64,000 bases of DNA from a virus (taxonomy: Duplodnaviria; Caudoviricetes). Location of the stretch: positions 1 to 64,000 of IMG/VR virus record IMGVR_UViG_3300037762_000184; one strand, given 5' to 3'. This document shows positions 63,301 to 64,000 of the stretch, in pieces; position 1 is the stretch's first letter, and the number at the start of each line of letters is the position of its first letter. A program made the translations under genes and the position numbers. The notes beneath the pieces are model-generated. The model was not told the origin of the DNA and searched no databases. It saw only the letters and a program-made list of their open reading frames with translations.

Positions 63301-64000
63301 GGAGATTCTTTCCGACCTCGACTTCGCCCGGTTCATCGAACAGCTTGGTCTGACCGATAGCGCCCGCGCCCTGGACGATTTTGTCGATCAGTTCCGCATC
63401 ACATGGAACCGCATGGTCGCCCTTGGAATTGATGGGGCCGAGCGGCTGGGAGCGTGGGCGGTCAAGACTCTGGAGGCTCAGCGCAACGCCATCCTCGGGA
63501 TCGAAGAGACGGTAGAGGAGCGCATCCGCCGGGAAGCCGAAGGGTGGCAGCAACAGAAGGTTCTGATTGAGGCGGAGGCCCTGCTGCGCAAACTGGACCT
63601 AGAGCAGCGCGCCGCCGCCCTGCGCGTCGAGGCCGAGCAACTCCGGGCCAAGCTCGAAATGAGCAAGGCTTCGATGGATCTCGACCGCCTGATGCTGGAG
63701 GCCGGGTGGGAGTTGCTAAGCGCCGAGGCAGCGATGCTCAGTACGGTATTGCAGCAGCTCGCGTTGGTACAGGGTGCGATTGCCGGCCTGGACGCGATGC
63801 TAGATGCGCTGAGCAAGACCTTGGACATCACAGAGAAGGACATTCAGGACGCGATCAGGCGCGCGCGCGGGGGCGGCGGCGGACAGAGGAAAGCGGATCA
63901 AGAGCGACTGAATGACCTGTTGGCCGCGTCGCTCATGGCGTCCCTACCGGATGTTGCGCGATCGCTCGCCGAGGTCAACAAGAAGTTTGATGATGCAGCG
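60311..64000 (+). CDS. tape measure protein (TP901 family), truncated at window end
   Basis: FDGAMN...AARKMA..SVFSAKQAAES.FFLASAG; not in ORF track because it lacks a stop. Confidence 0.95.
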   Translation, partial: MANIGTVEGVLRLKDEFTSKLNAAAFQLEKQGKRMEKVGRQMSDIGSQLTRSLTLPLAAIGGVAVKSFADFDGAMNKSLAIMGDVSETLRSEMTSAARKMATQSVFSAKQAAESYFFLASAGLDAQTSIAALPTVTSFAQAGMFDMALATDLLTDAQSALGLTIRDDAIRNMENMVRVSDVLVKANTLANATVHQFSESLTSEAGAALKSFGIDVEEGVAVLAAFADQGVKGQVAGTSLSRILRMMTSAAVNNSEAYKRMRVEVFDAGGNIKNMADVVADLERALGDLSDEQRVAALETLGFQARIQGVILPLLGTSDAIRQYEKGIRSASGITEEVANKQLQAFGARMGLVKDQILDVAITLGESLAPSIEGFARNIVVPATKALAALAGSFAQLPGVAKVVVVAVGALAAAIGPALFVTGQLITAWGTLITTAPRVAAAIKLVTVSMQAMATLGVAVAVVAINHLITKWGEASEAAMKYHRESSQALGITKRLMDESRAGEGIVSAATFAEGKEELARVTAEIKRMEAQVSRTKQAMDASIRDPDAWARLVPVLDKQVKALREAEQRFIPLSNILDKVDVAAGAASESLEGVPPTGVIPNVEALTDALQRQLSALSAVLDPLVNMRDQYAALREQLVATELAATEEDLRRIAKALELGLAPMQAMEGATRAYLDELLAVDDALAATEQAIRDMGEALVREHTMPTIEAPAVTFDDWIFSDAFIDELTRRYNQLFEVDLKAIHENYLRGLQSAFSSTFRELLSGEEVEFRDFFQSIADVGAAIIAEQIGAALTKALSGQAGAWKDMTKFFNSAVGQATAWLSVVNTISAASNTGYAIAGAAIGAIVGGIAAGAVSGGMGAPAGAALGAQIGAWLGSMIKHGSPEFFGAISAELGKVDIGGKLGEVAKGLGTDIAAAVQRIMDALGAELESIGEGIKLKMKDDKLSVIVDGDEFRFKDKIEQGISFAIAEALKRAEISGISEEAKAALANTVGDSVEEILSDLDFARFIEQLGLTDSARALDDFVDQFRITWNRMVALGIDGAERLGAWAVKTLEAQRNAILGIEETVEERIRREAEGWQQQKVLIEAEALLRKLDLEQRAAALRVEAEQLRAKLEMSKASMDLDRLMLEAGWELLSAEAAMLSTVLQQLALVQGAIAGLDAMLDALSKTLDITEKDIQDAIRRARGGGGGQRKADQERLNDLLAASLMASLPDVARSLAEVNKKFDDAA

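Noticed and set aside
1-64000. Diversity-generating retroelement, retron, lysis cassette, host genes
   Set aside because: No reverse transcriptase motif, template/variable repeat pair, endolysin or housekeeping gene recognised; lysis and tail-tip genes probably lie beyond 64000.

Overview
The whole window is one GC-rich temperate siphovirus-like phage genome segment. It has phage genes on both sides of the integrase, no host genes, and is truncated inside the tape-measure gene. Layout: (1) 1-25987, a mostly minus-strand early region with a tyrosine integrase and putative attP, C5 methyltransferase, DUF5131, PrimPol-helicase, replication initiator with iterons, SSB, Rad52-like annealase, and many small ORFs; (2) 25712-27902, an immunity region with cro/cI-like genes plus a TPR protein and a secreted pro-peptide; (3) 28377-32367, a second leftward operon under twin consensus promoters; (4) 32566-38309, a rightward operon ending in terS/terL; (5) 38523-43438, an antisense cassette; (6) 43515-64000, morphogenesis genes with an embedded glycosylation cluster. 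Strongest candidates for a little-described system: a Cas7/RAMP-like protein plus partner followed by a 661-nt non-coding array of GGC-NN pentamers cut into units by GGCAGGC (40726-42558); an intein in the portal/head-morphogenesis protein whose endonuclease is encoded on the opposite strand (45924-46823); and an arbitrium/Rap-Phr-like TPR-peptide pair beside the repressor. All family assignments come from motif recognition by eye. No database searches were run.
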